A stretch of DNA of 64,000 bases from Alphaproteobacteria bacterium (GTDB lineage Bacteria > Pseudomonadota > Alphaproteobacteria > Rhizobiales > Rhizobiaceae), in assembly GCA_036678505.1 (NCBI GenBank), contig JAZIHP010000005.1, forward strand, positions 10,174-74,173, given 5' to 3'. Below the pieces are notes generated by a model that made no database searches, was not told where the DNA came from, and saw only the letters and a program-made list of their open reading frames with translations. The position numbers and the translations under genes are program-made. The stretch's first letter is position 1. Each line of letters opens with the position of its first letter. Below, piece by piece: positions 20,616-30,677 of this stretch.

Positions 20616-23162
20616 TCATTCGATCTGATCCGATACCGATCCAGCGGATGTTTCCACAGATGCGGCGGCGATCTTTCGCTCATAGGGCGGCAGGCCGCGC
20701 GCTTCGCGCGAATACCGGCGCTGCGTATGCCATGGCCGATAATCCCCTTCGATCGCGAAGCGGATTTGCAATTCCCCGATGCCCGGTTCCGCCTTGCCGA
20801 CAGCCGCCGCAACAGGCGAAGCGCCGGTCTTTTCCAGATACACTTCGGCGCTTCCCTTTCGCGCCAGTTCACGCCGCGTCACCACAATTGCCCGCGATTT
20901 GCGGCAGGGATTACGCGCCGTGGCATCCTCGATCACGATGAGTGTTGCATGGGCGCAGGCTTTGCCGGCGGTTCCGGCATCCCGAGCCTGCACGACAAGC
21001 AGACCGGAGGGACTGCGCGCCGCGCAGATCTTTTCAGAACACACAAACCCCGCGGCTTCCGTTTCCCCCTTCACAGGGGCGATCAGTCCTTGCAGAAACG
21101 CACCTTCGTCCTGCTGTCGCACGCGTTTCGGCGGCAATAATGTTTCCGCATCCATCGCCCGCCCCCAGTTGTCGATGGTGAAGGCATTCGGGCGGGGCCG
21201 GTTGACCGCGACCTCTCCGTTTTCCATGGCAACGGCGATCAGCCGGGCGTCTTCGGAAATGAGAATGTCGGGCGTTCGCACGGACCCCAGCGTCACCAGA
21301 CTGCCCATGGCGAACGGCAGGGCGGCAAGGCGCAGCCATGTCGTCGTCATCGTCGCGATCACCAGCGCGATCGTCGCCAGGAGAACGGCCACGGGCGGAA
21401 TCAATCCGATCGCGTCGACCGGCGACATGTCCGCGATCCTTTCGGAAAGAAAGATCACCGCCGTCAGCCCCTTGCCCATGATCTGCAACAAAGCGGCATC
21501 GAGACCGAAGGGCATGGCGAGCGACGCAAAAACGGCAAACGGCATGACGATGATCGAGACGACCGGCATAACCGCCAGATTGGCCAGCAGGCTGAGCGGC
21601 GCGATCCGCTGAAAATGCCAGGCCGCGTAGAGCGTCGTGGCCAGCCCGGCAACCACGGAGGTCGCGGCAAGCCCCGCCATCATCGCGACCAGAGCGCGCA
21701 TCAGGGAGCGAACGAAACCGGGCTTTGCGGAAATCCGCGCCACAGGGCGGCGCGCCTTGTAGTCGGCCCATGCCGCATAGGCGCCGACAAGCGCCGCCGT
21801 TGCCGCGAACGACATCTGGAAACTCGGCCCCACCACCTCATGCGGCGTAACCAGAATGACGATGATCGCCGAAATGGCGAGATTGCGCATGGTCAGCGCG
21901 CTTCGGTCGAACAGCACGGCCACCAGCATGACGGCAAGCATGATGAACGAGCGCACGGCGGCAACCACCATGCCGGAAATCAGCAGATAGGCGAGGATTG
22001 CAAACAGCGCGGTAAGCGCTGCGTATTTCTTGACCGGATGACGGGAGGAAAAATCCGGGAATGCAGCGAACAAACCGCGCATCAATCCCATCACCGTTCC
22101 GGCCACCAGCGCCATGTGCAAACCGGATATGGAGATGATGTGATAGATGCCCGTCTTGCGCATCGCCTCGTTGATCTCTTCGGGGATGCCCGCCCGCACC
22201 CCGACGATCAGCGCTGCCGCGATCTCGCCTTCGGGCCCGCCGATGCCGTGCCTGATGCGCCCGGCCACCGCCTGCCTTCCCCGCTCGATCGCAGCGCTGA
22301 GCCGGGAGGCCAGCGGCGCGGCAGTCGGGACGGACAGTTTCGGTCCGGACAGGAAAAAGCCGCTGGCGCCAATGCCGCCAAAATAATTCGAAAACGATGT
22401 GTCGTAGCTTTCCGGCCGGATCGGTCCGCTCGGCGGCAGCAGGCGGACAAGGCCCGCCACGTCTGAACCCGCGCTTATGTCTGACGGTAAATTGCGGGCC
22501 GAGATTCGCACCCGCTCGGGCCGATAGCGTAGTTTCGGCCTTTCGGTGGAGACGACATCGATCGTCAGGCGCTTGCGCCCGCTCGCCATGTCCTCGATCT
22601 CCACAACCCTTCCGGTGAGCCGCACGGCGATGTCGGAGCCCATCACCCGTGTATCCAGGCGCCATGTCTGAAATTTGGAGAGGCCGGCGCCTGAAAGACA
22701 AAGCAGAAAGGCAAGGCAGCACAGATAAGCCTTGTGCCGCCGGCGCACGATCCATGCCAGCAACGCCAGAGCCCCGGTCAGCCCCGCCAGGAGGCTCCAG
22801 CGCGGCTCATGGGACATCGAAAAATAAACCACGACGCCAACGGACAGGAACACCGGTACGAGCAGGAAACCGGCTCCACGCTCCATTTCCAGCGCGCAGG
22901 CCTGTGAAGCAGCATGCCCCAGTCTGCGCAAAAGCGGCTTCAGGCGGGGCGCCGTCGGAAATCGCACCGTCCGCGCGGGCAATGCGGAAGAACCGGAAGA
23001 AAGCGCAAGGGGGCAGGCTTGCGGAAGCCCGGGCGCCGGCCGGGCAGGCGATGCCGATGCTTCCGCAAGAGCAAACAGATTACGTTCACTGACCTCGAAA
23101 GGCGCATTCTTTGCGCCGCGGCCGCCGGCCGACGACAAAGTCACCAGGCCTCCCCCTTGCAC
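20616..23162 (-). CDS. comEC: ComEC/Rec2 family competence-type membrane channel protein
   Basis: Many predicted TM segments and the ComEC competence domain (GIYHIISISGLHMALV). The start is uncertain; the longest ORF was taken. Confidence 0.85.
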   Translation of the reverse strand: MQGGGLVTLSSAGGRGAKNAPFEVSERNLFALAEASASPARPAPGLPQACPLALSSGSSALPARTVRFPTAPRLKPLLRRLGHAASQACALEMERGAGFLLVPVFLSVGVVVYFSMSHEPRWSLLAGLTGALALLAWIVRRRHKAYLCCLAFLLCLSGAGLSKFQTWRLDTRVMGSDIAVRLTGRVVEIEDMASGRKRLTIDVVSTERPKLRYRPERVRISARNLPSDISAGSDVAGLVRLLPPSGPIRPESYDTSFSNYFGGIGASGFFLSGPKLSVPTAAPLASRLSAAIERGRQAVAGRIRHGIGGPEGEIAAALIVGVRAGIPEEINEAMRKTGIYHIISISGLHMALVAGTVMGLMRGLFAAFPDFSSRHPVKKYAALTALFAILAYLLISGMVVAAVRSFIMLAVMLVAVLFDRSALTMRNLAISAIIVILVTPHEVVGPSFQMSFAATAALVGAYAAWADYKARRPVARISAKPGFVRSLMRALVAMMAGLAATSVVAGLATTLYAAWHFQRIAPLSLLANLAVMPVVSIIVMPFAVFASLAMPFGLDAALLQIMGKGLTAVIFLSERIADMSPVDAIGLIPPVAVLLATIALVIATMTTTWLRLAALPFAMGSLVTLGSVRTPDILISEDARLIAVAMENGEVAVNRPRPNAFTIDNWGRAMDAETLLPPKRVRQQDEGAFLQGLIAPVKGETEAAGFVCSEKICAARSPSGLLVVQARDAGTAGKACAHATLIVIEDATARNPCRKSRAIVVTRRELARKGSAEVYLEKTGASPVAAAVGKAEPGIGELQIRFAIEGDYRPWHTQRRYSREARGLPPYERKIAAASVETSAGSVSDQIE

Positions 23163-23239
23163 CCCTCATCTCCTATGCTACATGAACGCGCAAACAGCGA
23201 AAGCCCGGCAGTCGGCTTTCGTCACCTCGCGAGAATTGA

Positions 23240-24661
23240 ATGTCTGACAAGGTCGTCACCCGCTTCGCCCCCTCGCCCACGGGCTTCCTGCACATAGGCG
23301 GCGCGCGCACCGCGCTGTTCAACTGGCTTTATGCCCGCCATACCGGCGGCATCATGCTGTTGCGCATCGAGGACACCGATCGTGAGCGCTCCACGGATGC
23401 CGCAACCGCTGCCATTCTCGACGGCCTGAGATGGCTTGGACTGACGTGGGAAGGCGATCCCGTATCGCAGTATGAGCGCGCCGGCCGGCACCGTGAGGTG
23501 GCGGAAGAACTGGTTCGCCTGGGGAAGGCTTATTACTGCTACGCCACGCCGGCGGAACTGGCAGAAATGCGTGAAAAGGCGCGCGCCGAAGGCCGCCCGC
23601 CCCGCTATGACGGCCGCTGGCGCGATCGCGATCCTTCCGAAGCTCCCGCCGGCGTTGCCGGCGCCATTCGCATCAAGGCTCCTGCCGAGGGCGAAACCGT
23701 CGTGCACGATCTCGTGCAGGGCGATGTGCGCTTTCCCAACAAGGATCTGGACGACTTCATCATCCTGCGCTCGGACGGAAACCCGACCTATATGCATGCG
23801 GTGGTGGTGGATGACCACGACATGGACGTCACCCATATCATTCGCGGCGACGACCACCTCACCAATGCCGCCCGCCAGACCGTCATTTATGACGCCATGG
23901 GCTGGCAGGTGCCGAAAATGGCGCATATTCCGCTCATTCACGGCGCCGACGGCGCGAAACTCTCCAAGCGTCATGGCGCGCTCGGGGTGGAGGCCTACCG
24001 GGCAATGGGGTATCTGCCCGAAGCCCTGCTCAACTATCTCGCACGCCTCGGCTGGAGCCATGGCGACGATGAGGTGATGTCGATTGCCCAGATGATCGGG
24101 TGGTTCGACATCGCCGACGTGAACAAGGGCGCGGCGCGCTTCGACTTCGCCAAGCTGGAAGCGCTGAACGGCGTCCATATGCGTTCGATGGGAGACGCAG
24201 CGCTCACCGAAGCGCTCCTGTCTGCCCTGCCCTACCTGCCGGATGGCGAGGCATTGGCCGCAGGCTTCGACGACGCGGCCAGGATACGCCTGCTGCGCGC
24301 CATGCCGGGCCTCAAGGATCGCGCCAAAACGCTGATCGAGCTTGCGGACAACACCTATTACCTGACCGCCGCGCGGCCGCTTCAGATGGATGAAAAAGCA
24401 ACCGGGATACTCGATGAGGCGGCCAGATCGGTGCTGAAGGATGTGCTGGAGCGCTTTCAGAACATCAGCGAGTGGAATGCTCAGACGACCGAGGCGGCGA
24501 TTCGCGATTATGCTGAAAGTTCCGGGCTGAAACTGGGCAAGATCGCACAGCCTTTGCGCGCTGCGCTGACGGGCCGCGCGACGTCTCCGGGCGTATTCGA
24601 CGTGCTGGACGTGCTTGGCCGCGAGGAAAGCCTCGCCCGCATCGGGGATCAAATCGATTAA
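23240..24661 (+). CDS. gltX: Glutamate--tRNA ligase
   Basis: [19 protein letters not shown] (HIGH) and KLSKRHG (KMSKS). Confidence 0.96.
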   Translation: MSDKVVTRFAPSPTGFLHIGGARTALFNWLYARHTGGIMLLRIEDTDRERSTDAATAAILDGLRWLGLTWEGDPVSQYERAGRHREVAEELVRLGKAYYCYATPAELAEMREKARAEGRPPRYDGRWRDRDPSEAPAGVAGAIRIKAPAEGETVVHDLVQGDVRFPNKDLDDFIILRSDGNPTYMHAVVVDDHDMDVTHIIRGDDHLTNAARQTVIYDAMGWQVPKMAHIPLIHGADGAKLSKRHGALGVEAYRAMGYLPEALLNYLARLGWSHGDDEVMSIAQMIGWFDIADVNKGAARFDFAKLEALNGVHMRSMGDAALTEALLSALPYLPDGEALAAGFDDAARIRLLRAMPGLKDRAKTLIELADNTYYLTAARPLQMDEKATGILDEAARSVLKDVLERFQNISEWNAQTTEAAIRDYAESSGLKLGKIAQPLRAALTGRATSPGVFDVLDVLGREESLARIGDQID

Positions 24662-24839
24662 GGGATACGACCACGAAAATTGACATTGAAAGGTCTGTGT
24701 TGCGGTGCAACATTAGCGCGCATATCGAAACGGTTCGGCACCTTATACAGGCTGCACTTTTGAACCTTCCCGTATTTCGGATTTACCATCGATCGATGAT
24801 TTTTGCCGCTTGGGCATAAGACTTGACAAGGAGTTTGCG

Positions 24840-26129
24840 ATGACCGGATCAACTGCGAAACTGGAGCTTGGCGGCAAAACTCACGAACTTCAGGTCCGAA
24901 GTGGCACGATCGGCCCGGACGTCGTGGACATTGCCGCTCTCTACTCGACCACCGGCGCTTTCACTTACGATCCCGGCTTCACCTCGACGGCAAGCTGTGA
25001 ATCGCAGATCACCTTCATCGATGGCGACGCCGGCATCCTGCTGCATCGCGGATATCCCATCGACCAGCTCGCCGAGCATGGCGATTTCCTCGAAGTCTGC
25101 TACCTGCTGCTCTACGGCGAACTGCCGACCAAGAGCCAGAAGGACGATTTCGATCGCCGCATCACGCGCCACACCATGGTGCATGAGCAGATGTCGAAAT
25201 TCTTCTCCGGCTTCCGCCGCGATGCGCACCCGATGGCCGTCATGTGCGGTGTCGTGGGCGCGCTGTCGGCCTTTTATCACGACTCCACCGACATCTCCGA
25301 TCCGCATCAGCGCATGGTCGCCTCGATGCGCCTGATCGCCAAGATGCCGACCATTGCGGCCATGGCCTACAAGTATCATATCGGCCAGCCGTTCATGTAT
25401 CCCAAGAACGACCTGAACTTTGCCGCCAACTTCCTGCACATGTGCTTTGCGGTGCCGTGCGAGGAATACAAGGTCAACCCGGTTCTGGCCCGCGCCATGG
25501 AGCGCATCTTCATCCTGCATGCCGACCATGAGCAGAACGCCTCGACCTCGACCGTTCGTCTGGCCGGTTCGTCGGGCGCCAATCCGTTTGCCTGTATCGC
25601 CGCGGGCATCGCCTGCCTCTGGGGCCCTGCCCATGGCGGCGCAAACGAAGCAGCCCTCAACATGCTGGCCGAGATCGGCCATGTCGACAACATTCCCGAA
25701 TATGTGAACCGCGCCAAGGACAAGAACGATCCGTTCCGCCTGATGGGCTTCGGCCACCGCGTCTACAAGAACTACGATCCGCGCGCCAAGATCATGCAGC
25801 AGACCGCGCACGAGGTTCTGGGCGAGCTCGGCATCAAGGACGATCCGCTTCTCGACATCGCCATGGAACTGGAAAAGATCGCTCTTACCGACGAATATTT
25901 CATCGAGAAGAAGCTTTACCCGAACGTCGATTTCTATTCGGGCATCACGCTCAAGGCGCTGGGCTTCCCCACCACCATGTTCACCGTGTTGTTCGCGCTG
26001 GCCCGTACTGTCGGCTGGATCGCCCAGTGGAAGGAAATGATCGAGGATCCGCGCCAGAAGATCGGCCGTCCGCGCCAGCTCTACACCGGCTCGACCGAGC
26101 GCGACTACGTTCCGATCGCCAAGCGCTGA
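24840..26129 (+). CDS. gltA: Citrate synthase (type II)
   Basis: [10 protein letters not shown] and [13 protein letters not shown] signatures; 429 aa from the ATG at 24840. Confidence 0.96.
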   Translation: MTGSTAKLELGGKTHELQVRSGTIGPDVVDIAALYSTTGAFTYDPGFTSTASCESQITFIDGDAGILLHRGYPIDQLAEHGDFLEVCYLLLYGELPTKSQKDDFDRRITRHTMVHEQMSKFFSGFRRDAHPMAVMCGVVGALSAFYHDSTDISDPHQRMVASMRLIAKMPTIAAMAYKYHIGQPFMYPKNDLNFAANFLHMCFAVPCEEYKVNPVLARAMERIFILHADHEQNASTSTVRLAGSSGANPFACIAAGIACLWGPAHGGANEAALNMLAEIGHVDNIPEYVNRAKDKNDPFRLMGFGHRVYKNYDPRAKIMQQTAHEVLGELGIKDDPLLDIAMELEKIALTDEYFIEKKLYPNVDFYSGITLKALGFPTTMFTVLFALARTVGWIAQWKEMIEDPRQKIGRPRQLYTGSTERDYVPIAKR

Positions 26130-26145
26130 TCGGCCAGAAAGCAAG

Positions 26146-26177
26146 AAGCCGCGAAATTCGCGGCTTTTTTCTTTTTT
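26146..26177 (+). terminator. Rho-independent terminator of gltA
   Basis: AAGCCGCG-AAATT-CGCGGCTT followed by TTTTCTTTTTT. Confidence 0.85.
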
Positions 26178-26206
26178 AAAAGAACAGCTTGTCTGCCTGA
26201 TCTGTT

Positions 26207-27373
26207 TTAACGGATCAGGCTCAGGACGGCCTCGGCTCCAATCGCTCCGGCCGCACGGTCGGTCGCCATCCGGCGGCGCACTTCGGCAAAACCGCTCTTT
26301 TGCCAGTCCCGCATGCCGCCATCCGTGAAAAGCGCTTCGACCTGACGGACGAGCGACGCCGGACGCACGAAGCGATCGTAAAATTCCGGCACGATCGCCC
26401 GGTCGGCGATGAGGTTGGGCAGCGATGCCGACCAGATCTTCAGCAACAATGGCGCGAGCGGCCTGACGACGGGATCGAGCTTGTAGCAGGAAATCATCGG
26501 CACCCCGGACAGGGCCAGTTCCAGAGACACGGTTCCCGATGCAATCAGCGCCGCATCAGCCGCTCCAAAAGCCCGCCACTTGGCATCCGGCTCGGTCACG
26601 ATTTCCGGTTTTTGCTCCCATCTGCGCGTCGACTTCGCGATTGCCGGGGCAACGTGCGGAACGGTTGGTAAAATCAGCCGCATATTGTGACCGCGAGCGT
26701 GCAGTTCCCCCACCGTTTCACCAAACGGTTCGAGCAGGCGGCTCACCTCCCCGCGTCGGGAGCCGGGCAAAAGAAGCAGCGTCCTGGCGCGCCCCGGCGA
26801 CATGTCGCGCGGCTGGTCCTGTTTCGCTGCGGCAAGCCTGACACCGGCATCCTGCGTCAGCCGATGCCCTACATATGTTCCGGGAGGACCGCCAAGACGT
26901 TCCAGTTCATCAACCTCGAAAGGCAGGATGCACAGAATGCGGTCCACATAAGGCCGCATCGCCGCCGCCCGGCCCTGCCGCCATGCCCACACGCTCGGGC
27001 AGACATAGTGCACGATCGGGATCGAGGCGTCGGCCCCCCGCACTTTTTTTGCTACGCGCAGGGAAAAGTCGGGGCTGTCGATGGTGATGAGGCAATCCGG
27101 CTTTACGGCGACAATCGCGGCCGCCGTCTGGCCGATGCGGCGGATGAGGCGGGGCAGATCGCGCAGGACGGCGCTGATGCCCATGAGCGCGATCTCGGCG
27201 GAACTGAACAGAGATTCCAGGCCAAGCGCTTCCAGATGACGGCCGCCGACGCCAACGAGCTCGATCTTGCGTCCGGCCTGCTTTTCCAGTTCGCGAATGA
27301 GATCCGCGCCCAGAAGATCTCCGGATTCCTCGCCGGCCACGATGGCAATGCGCAGGGGCCGCCGATCCTTCAT
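26207..27373 (-). CDS. lpxB: Lipid-A-disaccharide synthase
   Basis: MKDRRPLRIAIVAGEESGDLLGADLI N-terminus; 388 aa. The ATG overlaps the lpxI stop (ATGA). The long track ORF was trimmed. Confidence 0.93.
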   Translation of the reverse strand: MKDRRPLRIAIVAGEESGDLLGADLIRELEKQAGRKIELVGVGGRHLEALGLESLFSSAEIALMGISAVLRDLPRLIRRIGQTAAAIVAVKPDCLITIDSPDFSLRVAKKVRGADASIPIVHYVCPSVWAWRQGRAAAMRPYVDRILCILPFEVDELERLGGPPGTYVGHRLTQDAGVRLAAAKQDQPRDMSPGRARTLLLLPGSRRGEVSRLLEPFGETVGELHARGHNMRLILPTVPHVAPAIAKSTRRWEQKPEIVTEPDAKWRAFGAADAALIASGTVSLELALSGVPMISCYKLDPVVRPLAPLLLKIWSASLPNLIADRAIVPEFYDRFVRPASLVRQVEALFTDGGMRDWQKSGFAEVRRRMATDRAAGAIGAEAVLSLIR

Positions 27374-28275
27374 GGCGCATCCTTTGGCGGCAGGCCGATG
27401 ACGAACAGGCCAAGCGCATCGGCCTGCGCGATCATATCGGGCCCATTCAGAACGAGCGAATGCCCTGCCTCCACCGCGATGCCCGCCAGTCCCGCCGCAT
27501 GCGCGCCGATCACCGTGCGCGGGCCGATGGAGGGCAGATCGGTGCGCGCCTCCTGCCCGGGCTTTGCGCATTTGACCAGAACGCCGCGCCTTTTGCCCGC
27601 AAGACGGCCATGTCCACGCAGGTCGCGAACCCGCTCCAGCATGGCGTCGGTTCCCTCGATGCCTTCCAGCGCAATGGCGCGGCCGCCTATGGCGACGGCG
27701 CCCTGCCCTATGTCGAGCGCGCCTATGGTTTCGGCAGCGACGCGCGCCGCCTTTATGTCGCGCCAATCCGCTTCGGAGGGGGAATTTTTTCCGAAAACCC
27801 CTTCGACGGCAACCAGATCCGGAACGATCTCATGCGCGCCGACCACCTTGAATCCGTTTTTCTCCAGCCATTCGACCACGAAGCGCAGAAGACCGTCATC
27901 TCCCTTGGCCAGGGCGCGGATGAGCGACGGGACAAAGCGCAGGAGACCTATTCCGGGACGCATTGCCGTGACGCGCGGACGGCGCCTGATCTCTCCCGCC
28001 ATCACCACATGGGTAATGCCGCGCCGGTGCAGGCGCGCAGCAAGCGATGGCGCCTCTTCCACGGCAATGATTTCGTGGTCGTAGCGTTCCAGCCCGGCAC
28101 CGGCATCCGGTTCGCCCTCGACCATCAGGACGAAGGGTTCCATGCCGCTGCGTGCCAGACCTTCAGCTACGGCGCCGGGAAGATTTCCGCCGCCGGCGAT
28201 GATGCACACCCTGCTCTGAGGATGGCGGACATGACCGCGAGGCTGGATCTCAGTCCTCGTCATCGCCATCGTCAC
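27370..28275 (-). CDS. lpxI: UDP-2,3-diacylglucosamine hydrolase LpxI (DUF1009)
   Basis: IIAGGGNLP N-terminus and the LDIGQGAV...EGIEGTDAML core, positioned between lpxA and lpxB as in other alphaproteobacteria. The start (28275, 28269 or 28263) overlaps the lpxA 3' end. Confidence 0.85.
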   Translation of the reverse strand: MTMAMTRTEIQPRGHVRHPQSRVCIIAGGGNLPGAVAEGLARSGMEPFVLMVEGEPDAGAGLERYDHEIIAVEEAPSLAARLHRRGITHVVMAGEIRRRPRVTAMRPGIGLLRFVPSLIRALAKGDDGLLRFVVEWLEKNGFKVVGAHEIVPDLVAVEGVFGKNSPSEADWRDIKAARVAAETIGALDIGQGAVAIGGRAIALEGIEGTDAMLERVRDLRGHGRLAGKRRGVLVKCAKPGQEARTDLPSIGPRTVIGAHAAGLAGIAVEAGHSLVLNGPDMIAQADALGLFVIGLPPKDAP

Positions 28276-29083
28276 CGGCCCCGCCCTTCAGCGGCGGAAC
28301 GGTATATTGCCGCTTGCCACGACTTCCGATGAAGTCAATGATCTTCATGGCAGCCGGCGACCCGGAAAATTCGGATTTTGCAATCTCGATATTCTCCGCC
28401 ACCGGACGGCTGTGGTCGAACAGGGTGCGATAGCAGCGGCGCAGCGCGTGAATTTCCGCGCGCGGCAGGCCTGCGCGCCTGAGACCGATGATGTTGAGGC
28501 CCCGCAGCTTGGCGCGGTTGCCCACGGCAATCGCAAACGGGATGACATCGCCGACCACGGCCGAGCAGCCACCGATGAAGGCGTTGTTGCCGATACGGAC
28601 GAACTGGTGAACGGCAGTCAGGCCACCGATATTGACATTGTCGCCGATCTCACAATGACCGCCAAGCGTGGCGCCATTGGCGAATGTCGCGTTCTTGCCG
28701 ACCACGCAATCGTGGGCAATATGGGCGTAGGCAAGAAAATTGCCATTCTCGCCGACGATGGTTTCGCCGCGGCTGGTATCGGTGCCGGTGTGCATCGTCA
28801 CGCCTTCGCGAATGGTGCAATTGGCGCCGACGATCAGAGTCGTGCGGCCGCCCGTATGCCTGGCATTCTGGGGCGGAGCGCCGAGGGTGGCCATGGGAAA
28901 GACTTTTGTGCCGGTGCCGAGCGTGGTCGCGCCCAGCACCGAGACATGTCCGACCAATTCTACATTATCTTCGAGGGTCGCATCCGCGCTGACGTGGCAG
29001 AACGGGCCTATGCGCACACCGTTGCCGATCCGTGCCCCGCTCTCGATCACGGCGGACGGATGTATGATCGTCTGGTTTGTCAT
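28250..29083 (-). CDS. lpxA: Acyl-ACP--UDP-N-acetylglucosamine O-acyltransferase
   Basis: Left-handed beta-helix hexapeptide repeats followed by the LpxA C-terminal helical domain. Confidence 0.94.
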   Translation of the reverse strand: MTNQTIIHPSAVIESGARIGNGVRIGPFCHVSADATLEDNVELVGHVSVLGATTLGTGTKVFPMATLGAPPQNARHTGGRTTLIVGANCTIREGVTMHTGTDTSRGETIVGENGNFLAYAHIAHDCVVGKNATFANGATLGGHCEIGDNVNIGGLTAVHQFVRIGNNAFIGGCSAVVGDVIPFAIAVGNRAKLRGLNIIGLRRAGLPRAEIHALRRCYRTLFDHSRPVAENIEIAKSEFSGSPAAMKIIDFIGSRGKRQYTVPPLKGGAGDDGDDED

Positions 29084-29092
29084 CGTGCCTCG

Positions 29093-29557
29093 TCAGCTGT
29101 TCTCGACCATCATCGCCGAGACTTCGGCTTCGGCGACCTTTGCGCCGTCCACCATGCCTTCGCAAGCGAATTTCAGGATGTTGCCACGTTTCTTGATCTT
29201 GCGCACATGAATGCGCAACTGATCGCCCGGAACCACGGGCTTGCGGAACTTGGCGTTGTCGATGGTCATGAAATAGACGAGCGACGGCTGATCCGCATTG
29301 GCAAGGCGAATACAGATCGCACCGGCGGTCTGCGCCATCGCCTCGATAATGAGAACGCCCGGCATAACCGGCTGTCCGGGAAAATGGCCAAGGAAATGCG
29401 GCTCGTTGACGGTGACGTTCTTGATGCCGACAGCCGAATCGTCGCCATCGATCTCGACAATCCTGTCGATCATCAGGAACGGATAGCGATGCGGCAGGAG
29501 CTTGAGAAGTTCCTGAATATCAACGGCCTCAAGCACGGAGCCGGCAACGTCAGCCAT
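29093..29557 (-). CDS. fabZ: 3-hydroxyacyl-ACP dehydratase FabZ
   Basis: [12 protein letters not shown] and [12 protein letters not shown] motifs. The start overlaps the lpxD stop by 8 nt. Confidence 0.95.
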   Translation of the reverse strand: MADVAGSVLEAVDIQELLKLLPHRYPFLMIDRIVEIDGDDSAVGIKNVTVNEPHFLGHFPGQPVMPGVLIIEAMAQTAGAICIRLANADQPSLVYFMTIDNAKFRKPVVPGDQLRIHVRKIKKRGNILKFACEGMVDGAKVAEAEVSAMMVENS

Positions 29558-30602
29558 TCTTTTCCCCTTTCGACGACTTGGTGAACGCACGGATGGCCGA
29601 CAATTCACGGAAGAAATCCCGCATCGGCTGTGCCGGCATGCCGGCCCAGCGCTCTCCCGCGGGGATGTCGTACATCAAACCCGAGGACGCGGCGACCTGC
29701 ACCCGGTCGCCTACGCTGATGTGGTCAGCAATGCCCACGCGGCCGCCGAGCATGACGAAATCGCCCAGCGTGACCGATCCCGAAATGCCGCACTGACCGG
29801 CGATCACGCATCCCCGCCCGATGCGCACATTGTGGGCGATCTGGACGAGATTGTCGATTTTCGTGCCCTCGCCGATGATGGTGTCGGCCATGGCTCCACG
29901 GTCCACCGTCGTGTTGGAGCCGATCTCGACATCGTCCTGAATAACGACCCGCCCGATCTGCGGCATGCGCTCGGGGCCTCTTGCGCCGGAAACGAAGCCA
30001 AAGCCATCCTGCCCGATGCGCGCGCCGCCATGGATGATGACGCGATCTCCGATCAGCGCATACTGAACCGCCACATTCGGGCCGATATAGCTGTTGCGGC
30101 CGATGCGGCAGGATGCGCCGACCACGGCATTGGGAGCAATGACGGTTCCCGACCCGATTGCGACGCCGGGACCGATGACGGCGCCGGATTCGACGATAGC
30201 ACCAGGCTCGATGGCTGCCGTCGGATCGACATGCGCCTGCGGGGACACCCCCTGCTCCGATGTGGAGGGAACAGGTGTCGCCGCGGCCGGAAACATCAGC
30301 CGCCCGATATGGGCGAAAGCCTGCTGGGCGCGGGGATGGACAAGAACCGCCACGCCGGTCGGCGCCTTATGCGCCAGTTCGACGGGACAAAGAACGGCTG
30401 CGGCATGCAATTTCGACATCAACGCTTCATTGCGCTTGCCATCGACGAACACCAGCGCATGGTCTCCGCCTTCAAGGGCCGAGGCGATGGTTTCGATAAT
30501 CGTGTCGGAATAGGCCGGATTCGCCAGCGTCGATCCGGTAAGAGTGGCCACCTCACCCGCCGTGTAATGGCGCGAGGGCACGAAAAACACCGGATCGGTC
30601 AT
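29550..30602 (-). CDS. lpxD: UDP-3-O-acylglucosamine N-acyltransferase
   Basis: LpxD N-domain followed by extended hexapeptide repeats. Confidence 0.94.
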   Translation of the reverse strand: MTDPVFFVPSRHYTAGEVATLTGSTLANPAYSDTIIETIASALEGGDHALVFVDGKRNEALMSKLHAAAVLCPVELAHKAPTGVAVLVHPRAQQAFAHIGRLMFPAAATPVPSTSEQGVSPQAHVDPTAAIEPGAIVESGAVIGPGVAIGSGTVIAPNAVVGASCRIGRNSYIGPNVAVQYALIGDRVIIHGGARIGQDGFGFVSGARGPERMPQIGRVVIQDDVEIGSNTTVDRGAMADTIIGEGTKIDNLVQIAHNVRIGRGCVIAGQCGISGSVTLGDFVMLGGRVGIADHISVGDRVQVAASSGLMYDIPAGERWAGMPAQPMRDFFRELSAIRAFTKSSKGEKNG

Positions 30603-30677
30603 TCGAGAGCAATTATCCTGTTTGCCCGGACAGTTCGGCCCGGGCGCGATCGCCCGGAGCCGCCGTTATCCGCTGTT